Positions 55,992-63,976 of a stretch of DNA of 64,000 nucleotides are shown one piece after another. The position numbers and the translations under genes were made by a program. Where the stretch lies: positions 1 through 64,000 of the IMG/VR virus record IMGVR_UViG_3300049781_000059; one strand, given 5' to 3'. How positions within the stretch are numbered: the stretch's first letter is position 1; the number at the start of each line of letters is the position of its first letter. The notes under the pieces were generated by a model. The model ran no database searches. It saw only the letters and a program-made list of their open reading frames with translations, and was not told the origin of the DNA. The DNA is from a virus (lineage: Duplodnaviria > Caudoviricetes).

Positions 55992-56159
55992 TCAGTGCTT
56001 CTTGCACTTGCCTCGGGCGCAGCGAGTGCAGCCGGTGTCGATCTGGCGGCGGACGGGGGCGATCACCGCGTTGGCGACGGAGTCCCCGGCCTTGCCTCCG
56101 ACCTTGTGGAGGGCAGCGGCTGCGTTGTCGAGCTTCTCGGCGGCCTTGCGTCCGAACAT
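55992..56159 (-). CDS. small hypothetical protein (not in ORF track)
   Basis: MFGRKAAEKLDNAAAALHKVGGKAG...CTRCARGKCKKH; GAGGAA RBS. Confidence 0.6.
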   Translation of the reverse strand: MFGRKAAEKLDNAAAALHKVGGKAGDSVANAVIAPVRRQIDTGCTRCARGKCKKH

Positions 56160-56473
56160 GGCGTTCCTCTCGGTTGGTGAGTGGTGGTCGGTGCGCGCCC
56201 TGGCCTGCTTCGAGGCGGTAGACCCGTGATCGGCCGACCAGGACTGGGTGCCGGGCGCGGCGGGGGTTTCCGCGCCCGGCAGTCTCGAGGTGGCGTGTCA
56301 CCACCAGATCGACTCCTTCTTCGGGACGATCTGGCCGCCGTGATCACCACCCATGTGGGCCACACACTGCGGACAGTCCTCGCGCGGGCCGAGCCTGCGG
56401 TGAATATCCGGGTCATAGGCGTGGGTCCAGCACTGGCGGCACTCGCCCGGCGGCACCGGGCGACGCAAAGCCA

Positions 56474-56707
56474 TCAGGCGGCGGCCGGGTAGTCGAAGCC
56501 GTCGAGCTGGTCGAGGAGGTCCCGGTCGCGGCCGGCGGCGAGCTTGATCTCCGCCATGCGGACCCGGTTGCCGGCCTGGCGGGCGGCGGCGTAGTCGGCG
56601 AACAGGTCGGAGATCGACAGGACCGGCAGGTCGACGACGAGCGTCGCAGCGCGGGCGGCACCACCGTCACGGACGGCGTGATCGGCGGAAAACAGAAACG
56701 GAGACAT
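56474..56707 (-). CDS. hypothetical protein
   Basis: MSPFLFSADH...LLDQLDGFDYPAAA. Confidence 0.6.
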   Translation of the reverse strand: MSPFLFSADHAVRDGGAARAATLVVDLPVLSISDLFADYAAARQAGNRVRMAEIKLAAGRDRDLLDQLDGFDYPAAA

Positions 56708-56875
56708 GACGGTGCCCTTTCAGGGGTGCAAGAGGTGGGTGGGGGTGGAATGCCGCGGCCGGCGGGACGGGGGTTGGACACCGCCGACCGCGGCGGTCTA
56801 GAGGGCTTCAGCCCTGAGGGTGAGGGCGAGGCGGCCTGACGGGCAGAGGCTCCTTGGCCCGCTCGTGCTCGGCCA

Positions 56876-57040
56876 TCACGCGGCCTGGTGCAGGTGCTGG
56901 CAGCGGTCCCGCCAGTTCAGGTGGATCGGGCAGGTCACCCGCTGGTCGACGGGTGTCTCCCGGGCCGTCTCCTGGTACAGACGCAGCAGCAGGTCGTCGG
57001 AGGCGTCCGCGGGAATGGCGGCGATCGTCGAGTTCGCCAT
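56876..57040 (-). CDS. small hypothetical protein (not in ORF track)
   Basis: MANSTIAA...CPIHLNWRDRCQHLH; TGATG coupling. Confidence 0.55.
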   Translation of the reverse strand: MANSTIAAIPADASDDLLLRLYQETARETPVDQRVTCPIHLNWRDRCQHLHQAA

Positions 57041-57312
57041 CACACGCCCCCATCCCGGAGGAAGGCTTCGAAGTCGCGCACCACGTCTTCGATGTCGGCG
57101 TCGTCCACGGCCGGCAGCCCCGACGCGTCACCGTTCAACCGGTCGGTGATTCGCTTCAGGTCCGCCTCGGACAGCCACACGTCGCCGACGTACCGGCCAT
57201 CCGAGAGGCGCAACGTCACCATCCCGGCCCGGTCACCGTCGTTCGGGGACGTGGCCACCAACGCGTGATACAAGGCGAAGACCAGCAGGTCCCGCTCGCC
57301 GGGGGCGGCCAT
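57040..57312 (-). CDS. hypothetical protein
   Basis: TGATG-coupled ORF. Confidence 0.6.
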   Translation of the reverse strand: MAAPGERDLLVFALYHALVATSPNDGDRAGMVTLRLSDGRYVGDVWLSEADLKRITDRLNGDASGLPAVDDADIEDVVRDFEAFLRDGGV

Positions 57313-57617
57313 CACGCGCCGCCGATCAGGTCGAGCCGGCCCGCCTTGGCGAGGACCGCGTGCGCGGCGGCCATGACGTCCTCGGCGTCCGCCAACGACC
57401 GGGCATCCAGATCCGACATGCGACCGGACTCGGCAAGCCCGGCGAGCTGCGCGGCGTGCACGGCAGCCGTCTCGTACTCGGCAACCGCCTGCACCAGCGG
57501 GAAGTGCGGCAGCGCCTTGGCCAGCGCGGCGGCGGCCTTCGGCGGCAGCGGGGCGGTCGGCGTTGCGACCGCGTGGTCGGCGCGCGTCTGCGCACCGATA
57601 AGATCGGTGGTAGCCAC
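57312..57617 (-). CDS. hypothetical protein, first gene of transfer operon
   Basis: GTG start with AAGGAG RBS. Confidence 0.6.
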   Translation of the reverse strand: MATTDLIGAQTRADHAVATPTAPLPPKAAAALAKALPHFPLVQAVAEYETAAVHAAQLAGLAESGRMSDLDARSLADAEDVMAAAHAVLAKAGRLDLIGGA

Positions 57618-57747
57618 AGGATCTCCTTCGTAGAACCTGGTGGTTAGGCCCTGGCCAGGGAGTGGAGTCCCTGAGCTGGGGCCGTCTTCGTTTGTGGGTG
57701 CTGGTGGAGCAGCACACGTGTCCCAGCCGAGCCGGTGGAGCGACTCA

Positions 57748-57796
57748 GTGGCACTCCACTCAAGGTAGCGCCAACCCTGGCGCGTGGCAATCCACT
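57748..57796. promoter_or_regulatory. direct repeats GTGGCA(C/A)TCCACT, candidate RHH operator
   Basis: 13-bp copies at 57748-57760 and 57784-57796 in the divergent promoter region. Confidence 0.5.
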
Positions 57797-57812
57797 GTGG
57801 GACTCTTCTTTC

Positions 57813-58019
57813 ATGCCAGCCGGAATCCACCTCAAGACAGCCCGCACCTTCCGCCCCGACAGCCCCGAGCTGTACGAGAAGGCGAAGGCTGCCGTCGGCG
57901 AGGTGGGCTCGACGATGAACGAGCACATCAACGGCTTCCTGCGCTGGCTCACGCACGAGACGGACGAACTCCCCTCCCGCCCGCCGGCCAAAGCCAAGCA
58001 GGGGGAGAAGTCGCCGTGA
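57813..58019 (+). CDS. ribbon-helix-helix-like regulator
   Basis: RTFRP strand then ELYEKAKAAV..GSTMNEHINGFLRW helices. Confidence 0.65.
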   Translation: MPAGIHLKTARTFRPDSPELYEKAKAAVGEVGSTMNEHINGFLRWLTHETDELPSRPPAKAKQGEKSP

Positions 58020-58190
58020 ACTGCTTCCGCGAGAACCTTCATGCCGTCCAGCCAACGCCCAACGCGCGCGCGGCAGAAGGTCACGCCGAGGACACCAACA
58101 CGCCATAACTGCCCCGCCCCGACACGGCGGTGACACCAGCCTGTCGCCGCCCCGCCAGACCCGAGCGCCACGAGCACGGGAGCCGTCACA

Positions 58191-58829
58191 GTGGACGTCG
58201 TAGAGACCTGGACCGGAAGATCCGCATGCCTCCTACAGCAGGCGATGCGGATGACGAACGAGGCGTTCGCCGAACACCTCGGCATCTCGGAGCGCACCAT
58301 CAGCCGGTGGCACGCCAGCCCCGAGATGGTTCACCGGACCGAGGTACAGCAGATCTTGGACATCGCGCACAGGGAGGCGAAGGACGACGTGAGACACCGC
58401 TTCGCGCTCCTGCTGCGCCCGCCCGCACCGCGCATCGAGGCGCAGGCGCTGCGGGTAGCCATAGCGGTCGTGGTCCGCGGTGATGACATCCTGCTGGTGT
58501 GCCGTCGCGGCGACGGCGAGCTGCGCTGGCAGTTCCCTGCGGGCATGGTCAAGCCGGGTGCAGCGCCTGAGACGGTCGCAGTGCAGGAGACGCACGGTGA
58601 GACCGGGGTGCACTGCACGATCCGCGAGCAGCTCGGCGAACGCGTCCACCCGGTCACAGGCGTTGTGGCCTCGTACTACCTAGCTGATCATCTGGCGGGC
58701 GACGCCTCCAACCGGGACCCGCTCGAGAACGTGGACGTCACCTGGGTGCCGCGCGCGGCCCTGACCCGCTTCATCCCCGCAGACCAGATCTTCCCGCCCA
58801 TCCTCAGCGCCCTGGAGGCCATCGCATGA
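58191..58829 (+). CDS. HTH-Nudix fusion with degenerate Nudix box
   Basis: TNEAFAEHLGISERTISRW HTH; box GMVKPGAAPETVAVQETHGETGV lacks key Glu/Arg residues. Confidence 0.85.
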   Translation: MDVVETWTGRSACLLQQAMRMTNEAFAEHLGISERTISRWHASPEMVHRTEVQQILDIAHREAKDDVRHRFALLLRPPAPRIEAQALRVAIAVVVRGDDILLVCRRGDGELRWQFPAGMVKPGAAPETVAVQETHGETGVHCTIREQLGERVHPVTGVVASYYLADHLAGDASNRDPLENVDVTWVPRAALTRFIPADQIFPPILSALEAIA

Positions 58830-59239
58830 CGACCGAGACCACCACCGAGAAGCCCGGCATCTCCGCCGCCATCATCGTCCAGGACGGCAAGGTGCTCATG
58901 GTGCGCCGCCGGATCTCCGAAGGCGAGCTCATGTGGCAGTTCCCGGCGGGCGCGATCGAGGACGGCGAGGTCGCAGAGGAGGCTGCGGTGCGGGAGACGG
59001 TCGAGGAGACCGGCCTGGTCGTCACCGCCACGAAGCTGCTCGGTGAGCGCGTTCACCCGAAGACCGGCCGGTTGATGTCGTACACGGCCTGCACGCCGGT
59101 GCAGGGTGAGGCGCGCGTGGCGGACGAGGACGAGCTGGATGCGGTCGCCTGGGTCGCCCACTCGGAGATCAGCGACTACGTGCCCTACGGCCTGTTCGGG
59201 CCCGTCCAGGAGTATCTCGACGCGGTCCTGCCGCACTAG
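58826..59239 (+). CDS. Nudix (MutT-like) hydrolase
   Basis: Intact box GAIEDGEVAEEAAVRETVEETGL. Confidence 0.92.
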   Translation: MTTETTTEKPGISAAIIVQDGKVLMVRRRISEGELMWQFPAGAIEDGEVAEEAAVRETVEETGLVVTATKLLGERVHPKTGRLMSYTACTPVQGEARVADEDELDAVAWVAHSEISDYVPYGLFGPVQEYLDAVLPH

Positions 59240-59346
59240 CGGGCACCGCTTTCGCGCCAATGATTCGATCTTGCCCGCCAGTGCTCGACGACCCCAAAAC
59301 GGACCTAACGTCCCGGGTCTCTTACTTCCGCCGGGGAAAGTAGAAG

Positions 59347-59371
59347 CTAACGGAGCAAGTGATTCCGTTAG
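59347..59371. promoter_or_regulatory. inverted repeat CTAACGGA-N9-TCCGTTAG in AT-rich intergenic region
   Basis: Perfect 8-bp arms; extra CTAAC/GTTAG half-sites at ~59305 and ~59377. Confidence 0.5.
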
Positions 59372-59552
59372 ACGTGTTAGCTCTCATCCGTATGTTGTCG
59401 GTGCTACGGCGGCCGGATAGCAACGCCGTGCACCGACGGCTACGTTGTGCCTCACCCCACCTGAAACGCGAACGGCCGGGCGGTGGCGACCGCCCGGCCA
59501 GTTCGACCAGCGAGTGGCGACTCGCTGACCTGTAACCCCGACCCCGTCAAGG

Positions 59553-59858
59553 ATGGAGTTCTCCATGAAGAGTAGCGGCACCGCGTCGTTAACGCGCGCC
59601 TCTTTGTCGACAGATCACCTCATGAACGCCCCGCTCGACGACCTCCTCGCGGAGTACGACGTAGACCTGGTGGTGATCGAGGCGGACCCGGGCTTCACGG
59701 GCGGCACCTTCGCCCGCCCGGACGGCTCGCTGCTGTTCGTGCGCCCTTCGGGCCGGCCTGAGGTGGAGTGGGAGATCACGGCGCGGGCTCTGCTGGGTCG
59801 GGCGTTGCGGGTGGCGTTGCCGCCGCTGCCGGCGCCGTTCGAGGTGACGGAGCTGTAG
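59553..59858 (+). CDS. hypothetical protein
   Basis: Protein-like ORF after the regulatory region. Confidence 0.6.
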   Translation: MEFSMKSSGTASLTRASLSTDHLMNAPLDDLLAEYDVDLVVIEADPGFTGGTFARPDGSLLFVRPSGRPEVEWEITARALLGRALRVALPPLPAPFEVTEL

Positions 59859-59912
59859 GTCGTCCATGCGATCGGCCCGACAGGGATTCGCCTGCCGGGC
59901 CGATCGCCGTCT

Positions 59913-60788
59913 CTACCGCCGCCAGACGTTGACCTTTTCCGTCGATAGGAGCGGTGCCCCCTCCGGGCCCTTCACGTGCGAAGGCACCCACGTCTGTCTG
60001 CGCAGCGTCCGGGCAGGGCCGTAGGGCTGGTTCCGCCAGTGCCCGGAGACGATCCACCTGTGCTTGTAGTGCCGACCGCTGCCCGCCTCGGGGTCGCGGT
60101 CCTGCGGCGTGTACTGGCGGCGCAGGTCAACGACGGTCACATCGGGGGTGGGCAGTCCGTCTCGGGCGTCGGCGCGCGCCGTGGGCTTGTCGGCATGTTC
60201 TCTGGTGCGGTCGATGAGCAGCGGCTGCTGCATGAGGAGCCAGGCGGAGGCCAAGGCGGCAACGACGGTCTGAGGAAGCTGATCGTCGATCTCCGCGAGG
60301 GACAGGGGTTCGTCGGTGATCGGGATTGTGCTCCCGTAGATCGGAAGCAGGGGCGGCATGCGGGTCTCGTCCAGCGTGTACAACTGGGCGAGCGGCTGCA
60401 TCTCCGCGACCAGTCGCGCCCGCGACATCAGCAGCCACAGCATCATCTCTCCGTCATGCGGGCCCCACGCGCACGCCTCGACCGGGATCTGCACTCCCTG
60501 GGCGTCCATGTGGCCGACGCCACCCTGCCAGTACAGCAGCCCACAGGGGGCCGGCCGGTCTGAGGTCGCCCAGCGTGCCGCTGCGAGCTGCTGCCCGGCG
60601 TGCACGGCGAGGGCGCCCATGTCTTCCTGAACCCAGAACAGGTCGCCGACTTCCAGGATGGAGGCCAGGGCGTCCAGGCCGGGCGCGACTGCCGGGCTGG
60701 TCTTGGAGCGCAGGGAGGACTCCGAATCCCGAAGGTGCCGCAGCGTCTGCCGCCGCACCTTCGGGAGCTGGGAGGGGCGCAGGGTCAC
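59913..60788 (-). CDS. conserved-looking phage hypothetical protein
   Basis: C-terminal V.VVDLRR...HRWIVSGHWRNQPYGP...W.P.H.KGP motif. Confidence 0.75.
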   Translation of the reverse strand: MTLRPSQLPKVRRQTLRHLRDSESSLRSKTSPAVAPGLDALASILEVGDLFWVQEDMGALAVHAGQQLAAARWATSDRPAPCGLLYWQGGVGHMDAQGVQIPVEACAWGPHDGEMMLWLLMSRARLVAEMQPLAQLYTLDETRMPPLLPIYGSTIPITDEPLSLAEIDDQLPQTVVAALASAWLLMQQPLLIDRTREHADKPTARADARDGLPTPDVTVVDLRRQYTPQDRDPEAGSGRHYKHRWIVSGHWRNQPYGPARTLRRQTWVPSHVKGPEGAPLLSTEKVNVWRR

Positions 60789-61441
60789 TTGCCGCTCTTC
60801 TCGTAATCGTCGAGACGCCGCGCGATCAGGGAACGGCCCTTGTCGGCAATAGCCTTGACCGTGGGCTCCTTGATCTCGACCCTCTTGGCCAGCACCGCCT
60901 GCCCGCCACGCCCCCAGGAGTCGATCATCTTGGCGAAGGCGATCTGTCGGCGCTGAGTGGCCTGCTGGTAACTCTCCTCGGCCTTACTGAACTGCTCGTG
61001 CGCCCACTCCGCGGCGATCAGACGCGCGGTGTGGTTCCTGCTGGCGCCGTCGTACATCTCTTTGGCGGAGATGCCGTCGACGTCGGTCTCGTCCCAGATG
61101 GGGAGCTCTTCACCTTCCTCGTCGTAGGACGGCATGGCACCGGCCGTGGCGCCGCGCACCCACTCCTCGTAGGCGGCGATGGCCTCGTCGAGGTCGTCGG
61201 TGTCCTGGAAGTCGCACTCACTGGGGCCGCTGTCGAAGATGATCCAACGGTGTTCGCCGTTGGGGTCGGTGTAGGGCATCACGGCAAGGTGGTATTCCTT
61301 CTGCCCGATCTCGTCGAGGCTGAAGGTTTCGCGCACCTCGTCGCGGCGGCCGAGGGCGGCGTCGATGGCGGCCTCGAAGTCGTCTTCCTGGTCGGCGTCG
61401 ATGTCGATGCCCTGGATGCTGGAGCGGATGACGCGGAGCAT
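60785..61441 (-). CDS. acidic protein with C-terminal HTH-like segment
   Basis: GGQAVLAKRVEIKEPTVKAIADKG; 4-bp overlap. Confidence 0.65.
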   Translation of the reverse strand: MLRVIRSSIQGIDIDADQEDDFEAAIDAALGRRDEVRETFSLDEIGQKEYHLAVMPYTDPNGEHRWIIFDSGPSECDFQDTDDLDEAIAAYEEWVRGATAGAMPSYDEEGEELPIWDETDVDGISAKEMYDGASRNHTARLIAAEWAHEQFSKAEESYQQATQRRQIAFAKMIDSWGRGGQAVLAKRVEIKEPTVKAIADKGRSLIARRLDDYEKSGK

Positions 61442-61490
61442 GGTGCCCCCCCCTTCTTCGGGTGGGCTGTTCCCTCCCGACACCCCAAAC

Positions 61491-61529
61491 TTAGCACCCC
61501 CCTAACCCGTAAGGCAAGGGGGGTACTAA
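61491..61529. promoter_or_regulatory. inverted repeat TTAG(C/T)ACCCCCCT-N13, candidate operator
   Basis: 13-bp arms with one mismatch upstream of 61441. Confidence 0.5.
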
Positions 61530-61689
61530 GAATGCAGCTCCAACCCCGCTGCGCCACCTCGTTGGGGCGCCTGGTGCCCGCGGGGCGCCCGCCGTTCTGT
61601 GGCCCCGCCCACATTGCCCGCATCCGGCTTGCCGTACTGCCCGGTACCCCAGGAGCCTGCTGCCCCCAACGCCGCACCCGGGGGACGCC

Positions 61690-62013
61690 GTGATCGCCTG
61701 CCCGTCGCCGAAATGCTCCTCACCGAACGTCGCCGACCTGCCGCACTACTGGCAGTCGCTGCCCGCCGAGTCACCGTTGAAGGCGAAGTACGCACCGCCG
61801 GCCCGGCCGAAGGTGTCGTACTGGGCGGCGCTGGCCGCGGTCGCCGTCGGCATCCTGGTCCTCGTGGAGGGCGGCGTCCTCCTCGGCCTGCTGCTCGTCG
61901 TGGGCGGGGCTGGCTGGGCCGCGGTCGTGTACAAGGCGGTGCAGTGGGCGGAGGCGCAGCGGGCGGCGTGGGAGCAGTCGCACGTCTGCCTCGCCTGCAC
62001 CGGCACGTTCTGA
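61690..62013 (+). CDS. two-TM membrane protein with terminal CxxC-type motifs
   Basis: N-terminal CPSPKC, two TMs, C-terminal CLAC. Confidence 0.7.
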   Translation: MIACPSPKCSSPNVADLPHYWQSLPAESPLKAKYAPPARPKVSYWAALAAVAVGILVLVEGGVLLGLLLVVGGAGWAAVVYKAVQWAEAQRAAWEQSHVCLACTGTF

Positions 62014-62157
62014 CCTGTCGAAGCCCCGCGCCTTTCCGCATGGGTGACGAGGCTTTGCTGGCGGTGACGGTTTGTGACGTGTTGGTGGCGGGTGCGTGAT
62101 ATCTGTACTCGTGCGGGCTCGATTGGCCGCTCCGTCTGCGTCCTTGTGGGGGTTTCT

Positions 62158-62748
62158 GTGCGTAGGTTCGCCGTGTCTGTTGCTGTTGCTGCCGCTGTCG
62201 GGTTGCTTGCCGGGTGCGGCGGTGACGGGGACGCTGACGCGAAGGGCGGCGGCTCGGCCGCGAAGCCGGACACGGCGGCGTGCGAGAAGGCTGTGACGGA
62301 GCAGGTGAAGAAGTCGATGGGCGGGGACAAGACGGCGAAGGATGCCGACTTGCCTGCGTCGTGCGCCGGGTTGGACAAGGCGACGAAGGAGAAGATCGCG
62401 GAGCGGGCGGCGGCTGCTGCGGTCGGGGATGCGCTGAGTGGTGGGGAGAAGGAGTCGTCGGAGGAGCCGGACGCGAAAGCCGATGTGAAGGTCACCGGCT
62501 GTTCGAAGGACGAGTTCGGCTATCCGGTGGCGAAGCTTGAGGTCGTCAACTCCACGGCGAAGAAGCAGGACATGAATGTGCAGGTGTCCTTCAATGGCCC
62601 GGACGGTACGCGTCTGGCGGAGGGCGGGACGGTCGTGACCGCGCTGGAGCCGGGGCAGAAGGCGAAGGAGGACGCGATGGGGCTGAAGGAGGTTTCGGGC
62701 AAGTTCACGTGCAAGATCAGCAACGTGGACCGCTGGGAATCCCAGTAA
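62158..62748 (+). CDS. lipoprotein with FxLYD-like C-terminal domain
   Basis: Lipobox LLAG-C; VVNSTAKKQD.NVQVSF.GPDG.RL...LEPGQKA. Confidence 0.85.
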   Translation: MRRFAVSVAVAAAVGLLAGCGGDGDADAKGGGSAAKPDTAACEKAVTEQVKKSMGGDKTAKDADLPASCAGLDKATKEKIAERAAAAAVGDALSGGEKESSEEPDAKADVKVTGCSKDEFGYPVAKLEVVNSTAKKQDMNVQVSFNGPDGTRLAEGGTVVTALEPGQKAKEDAMGLKEVSGKFTCKISNVDRWESQ

Positions 62749-62767
62749 ACGGACCGTGGTCCGCATA

Positions 62768-62802
62768 CAGCTGCGCCCCCACCAAACGGCGGGGCGCTGC
62801 TG
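62768..62802. terminator. stem-loop between lipoprotein and tRNA-like element
   Basis: CAGC.GCGCCCC / GGGGCGC.GCTG imperfect stem. Confidence 0.5.
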
Positions 62803-62816
62803 TGTTGCGGCGGTCG

Positions 62817-62927
62817 GGTGCGGGGCCGGATTTGAACCGGCGACATGCGCCAAGGGGGTGCCACGTGCCGTGAGGCGGGCCTCGATCCCTACTCCCTGGA
62901 CAGCTCTGGCCGCTGAGCTACCCGCCT
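62817..62927 (-). ncRNA. tRNA-like RNA with expanded (~57 nt) anticodon arm
   Basis: TAGCTCAGCGGCCAGAGC D-arm; GCCGG-TTCAAAT-CCGGC T-arm; 5-bp acceptor helix GCGGG/CCCGC; no 7-nt anticodon loop; no CCA. Confidence 0.7.
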
Positions 62928-62946
62928 CAGCAGGATGGCATGGCCG

Positions 62947-63174
62947 TCAAGCCGGGCGAGGGTTGTACTCGTAGTGTTCGATGGACCCCTCCGGAAGCTC
63001 TGCTATCTCTCTCGCCGCCTGCTCCGCGCGCTGCTTGGCCTTCTCCTTGGTGCGGGCGAAGCCGCTGCGGGTGCCACGTCCGGGGAGGGTGGCCATCCAA
63101 AACCAGTGCCAGCCGCTGATCCAGTCGGTGAGGTCCTTGTTGGTGCGTTCGACGATGGTGATCCGAGCGGTCAC
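62947..63174 (-). CDS. hypothetical protein
   Basis: GTG start, AAGGAG RBS, 4-bp overlap. Confidence 0.6.
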   Translation of the reverse strand: MTARITIVERTNKDLTDWISGWHWFWMATLPGRGTRSGFARTKEKAKQRAEQAAREIAELPEGSIEHYEYNPRPA

Positions 63175-63629
63175 GACTGCTCCTTCGGCTGGTGCTGGCC
63201 GATGGGTGCGATGGCGTCGTGGGCGGGCCAGGTGAGCGTGCCGTCTCGGTGCCGCCCGTCGTGGCCGACAGGCAGGGTGCAGCACTCGTCTCCTAGGGCA
63301 TTGAAGGCACTGCTGCCCGCCTGACATGGGGTGGGCACGGGCTCGTAAGTTGCGCAGAAGATGTCGTCTCGGCAGGGATAGAACTCGCCCGCGACGCCCT
63401 TGATGATCCAGTCGTCGAGGCCGGCGGTCATCGTTCCTTCGAGGGTGCGGATGCTGATCGAGTGCGGGGTGTCGCCATCGTGTTCTGCGCAGCGGTCGGG
63501 GTTCGAGCAGGTGTAGCTCGCGGTCGCTCCGTGGCTGAGAATCCAGTCGATGATGCGGGTGGCGCCTTCTGCGGTGCCGTCCCACTGCGCGGCTTCGATC
63601 TCGACGGGCTTCTTGCGGAACTTGGGCAT
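63171..63629 (-). CDS. widespread phage protein (KFRKKPV...IIKGVAGEFYPC..DIF type)
   Basis: Recognisable motif series plus C-terminal CxLPxGH.G.H. Confidence 0.8.
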   Translation of the reverse strand: MPKFRKKPVEIEAAQWDGTAEGATRIIDWILSHGATASYTCSNPDRCAEHDGDTPHSISIRTLEGTMTAGLDDWIIKGVAGEFYPCRDDIFCATYEPVPTPCQAGSSAFNALGDECCTLPVGHDGRHRDGTLTWPAHDAIAPIGQHQPKEQS

Positions 63630-63631
63630 GG

Positions 63632-63976
63632 TCACTGCTCCTTGGTCTGGTCTGCGGGCGGCCGGATCGCGTTGTGAAGTTCGACGAGCCGGGCGTCCCA
63701 CCAGCGGGCGATGCTCGCGCCGAGCGGTGGCGGGCCGGCTTTCACCCACCGCTCGTACAGGGCGATGACGCGACTCACGTCCTGCTCGGCGGATCGGTGG
63801 AGTGCGGCGAAGACACGGGTGGTCTTCTCGGCCTCGGTCGCTTCGGTCGTCTCCGTCTGGTCGTGGCCGGGGCAGTGGACGGGGTTCATGCCGGGCTGCG
63901 GCTCCCAGTCGTGCGGCGGATGCGGCTGGCGGAGCGTGGCAGTCGAGCAGGGCAGGCTGGTCGGGAGGTCGGTCAT
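63632..63976 (-). CDS. hypothetical protein
   Basis: H.PH.W...CPGH N-terminus; KAGPPPLG...RWWDARL..LH..I. Confidence 0.65.
   Translation of the reverse strand: MTDLPTSLPCSTATLRQPHPPHDWEPQPGMNPVHCPGHDQTETTEATEAEKTTRVFAALHRSAEQDVSRVIALYERWVKAGPPPLGASIARWWDARLVELHNAIRPPADQTKEQ

Noticed and set aside
62817-62927. Canonical tRNA or tmRNA gene, or a tRNA-based att site
   Set aside because: No 7-nt anticodon loop, broken acceptor end, far too short for tmRNA, and no duplicate of its 3-prime half found in the window
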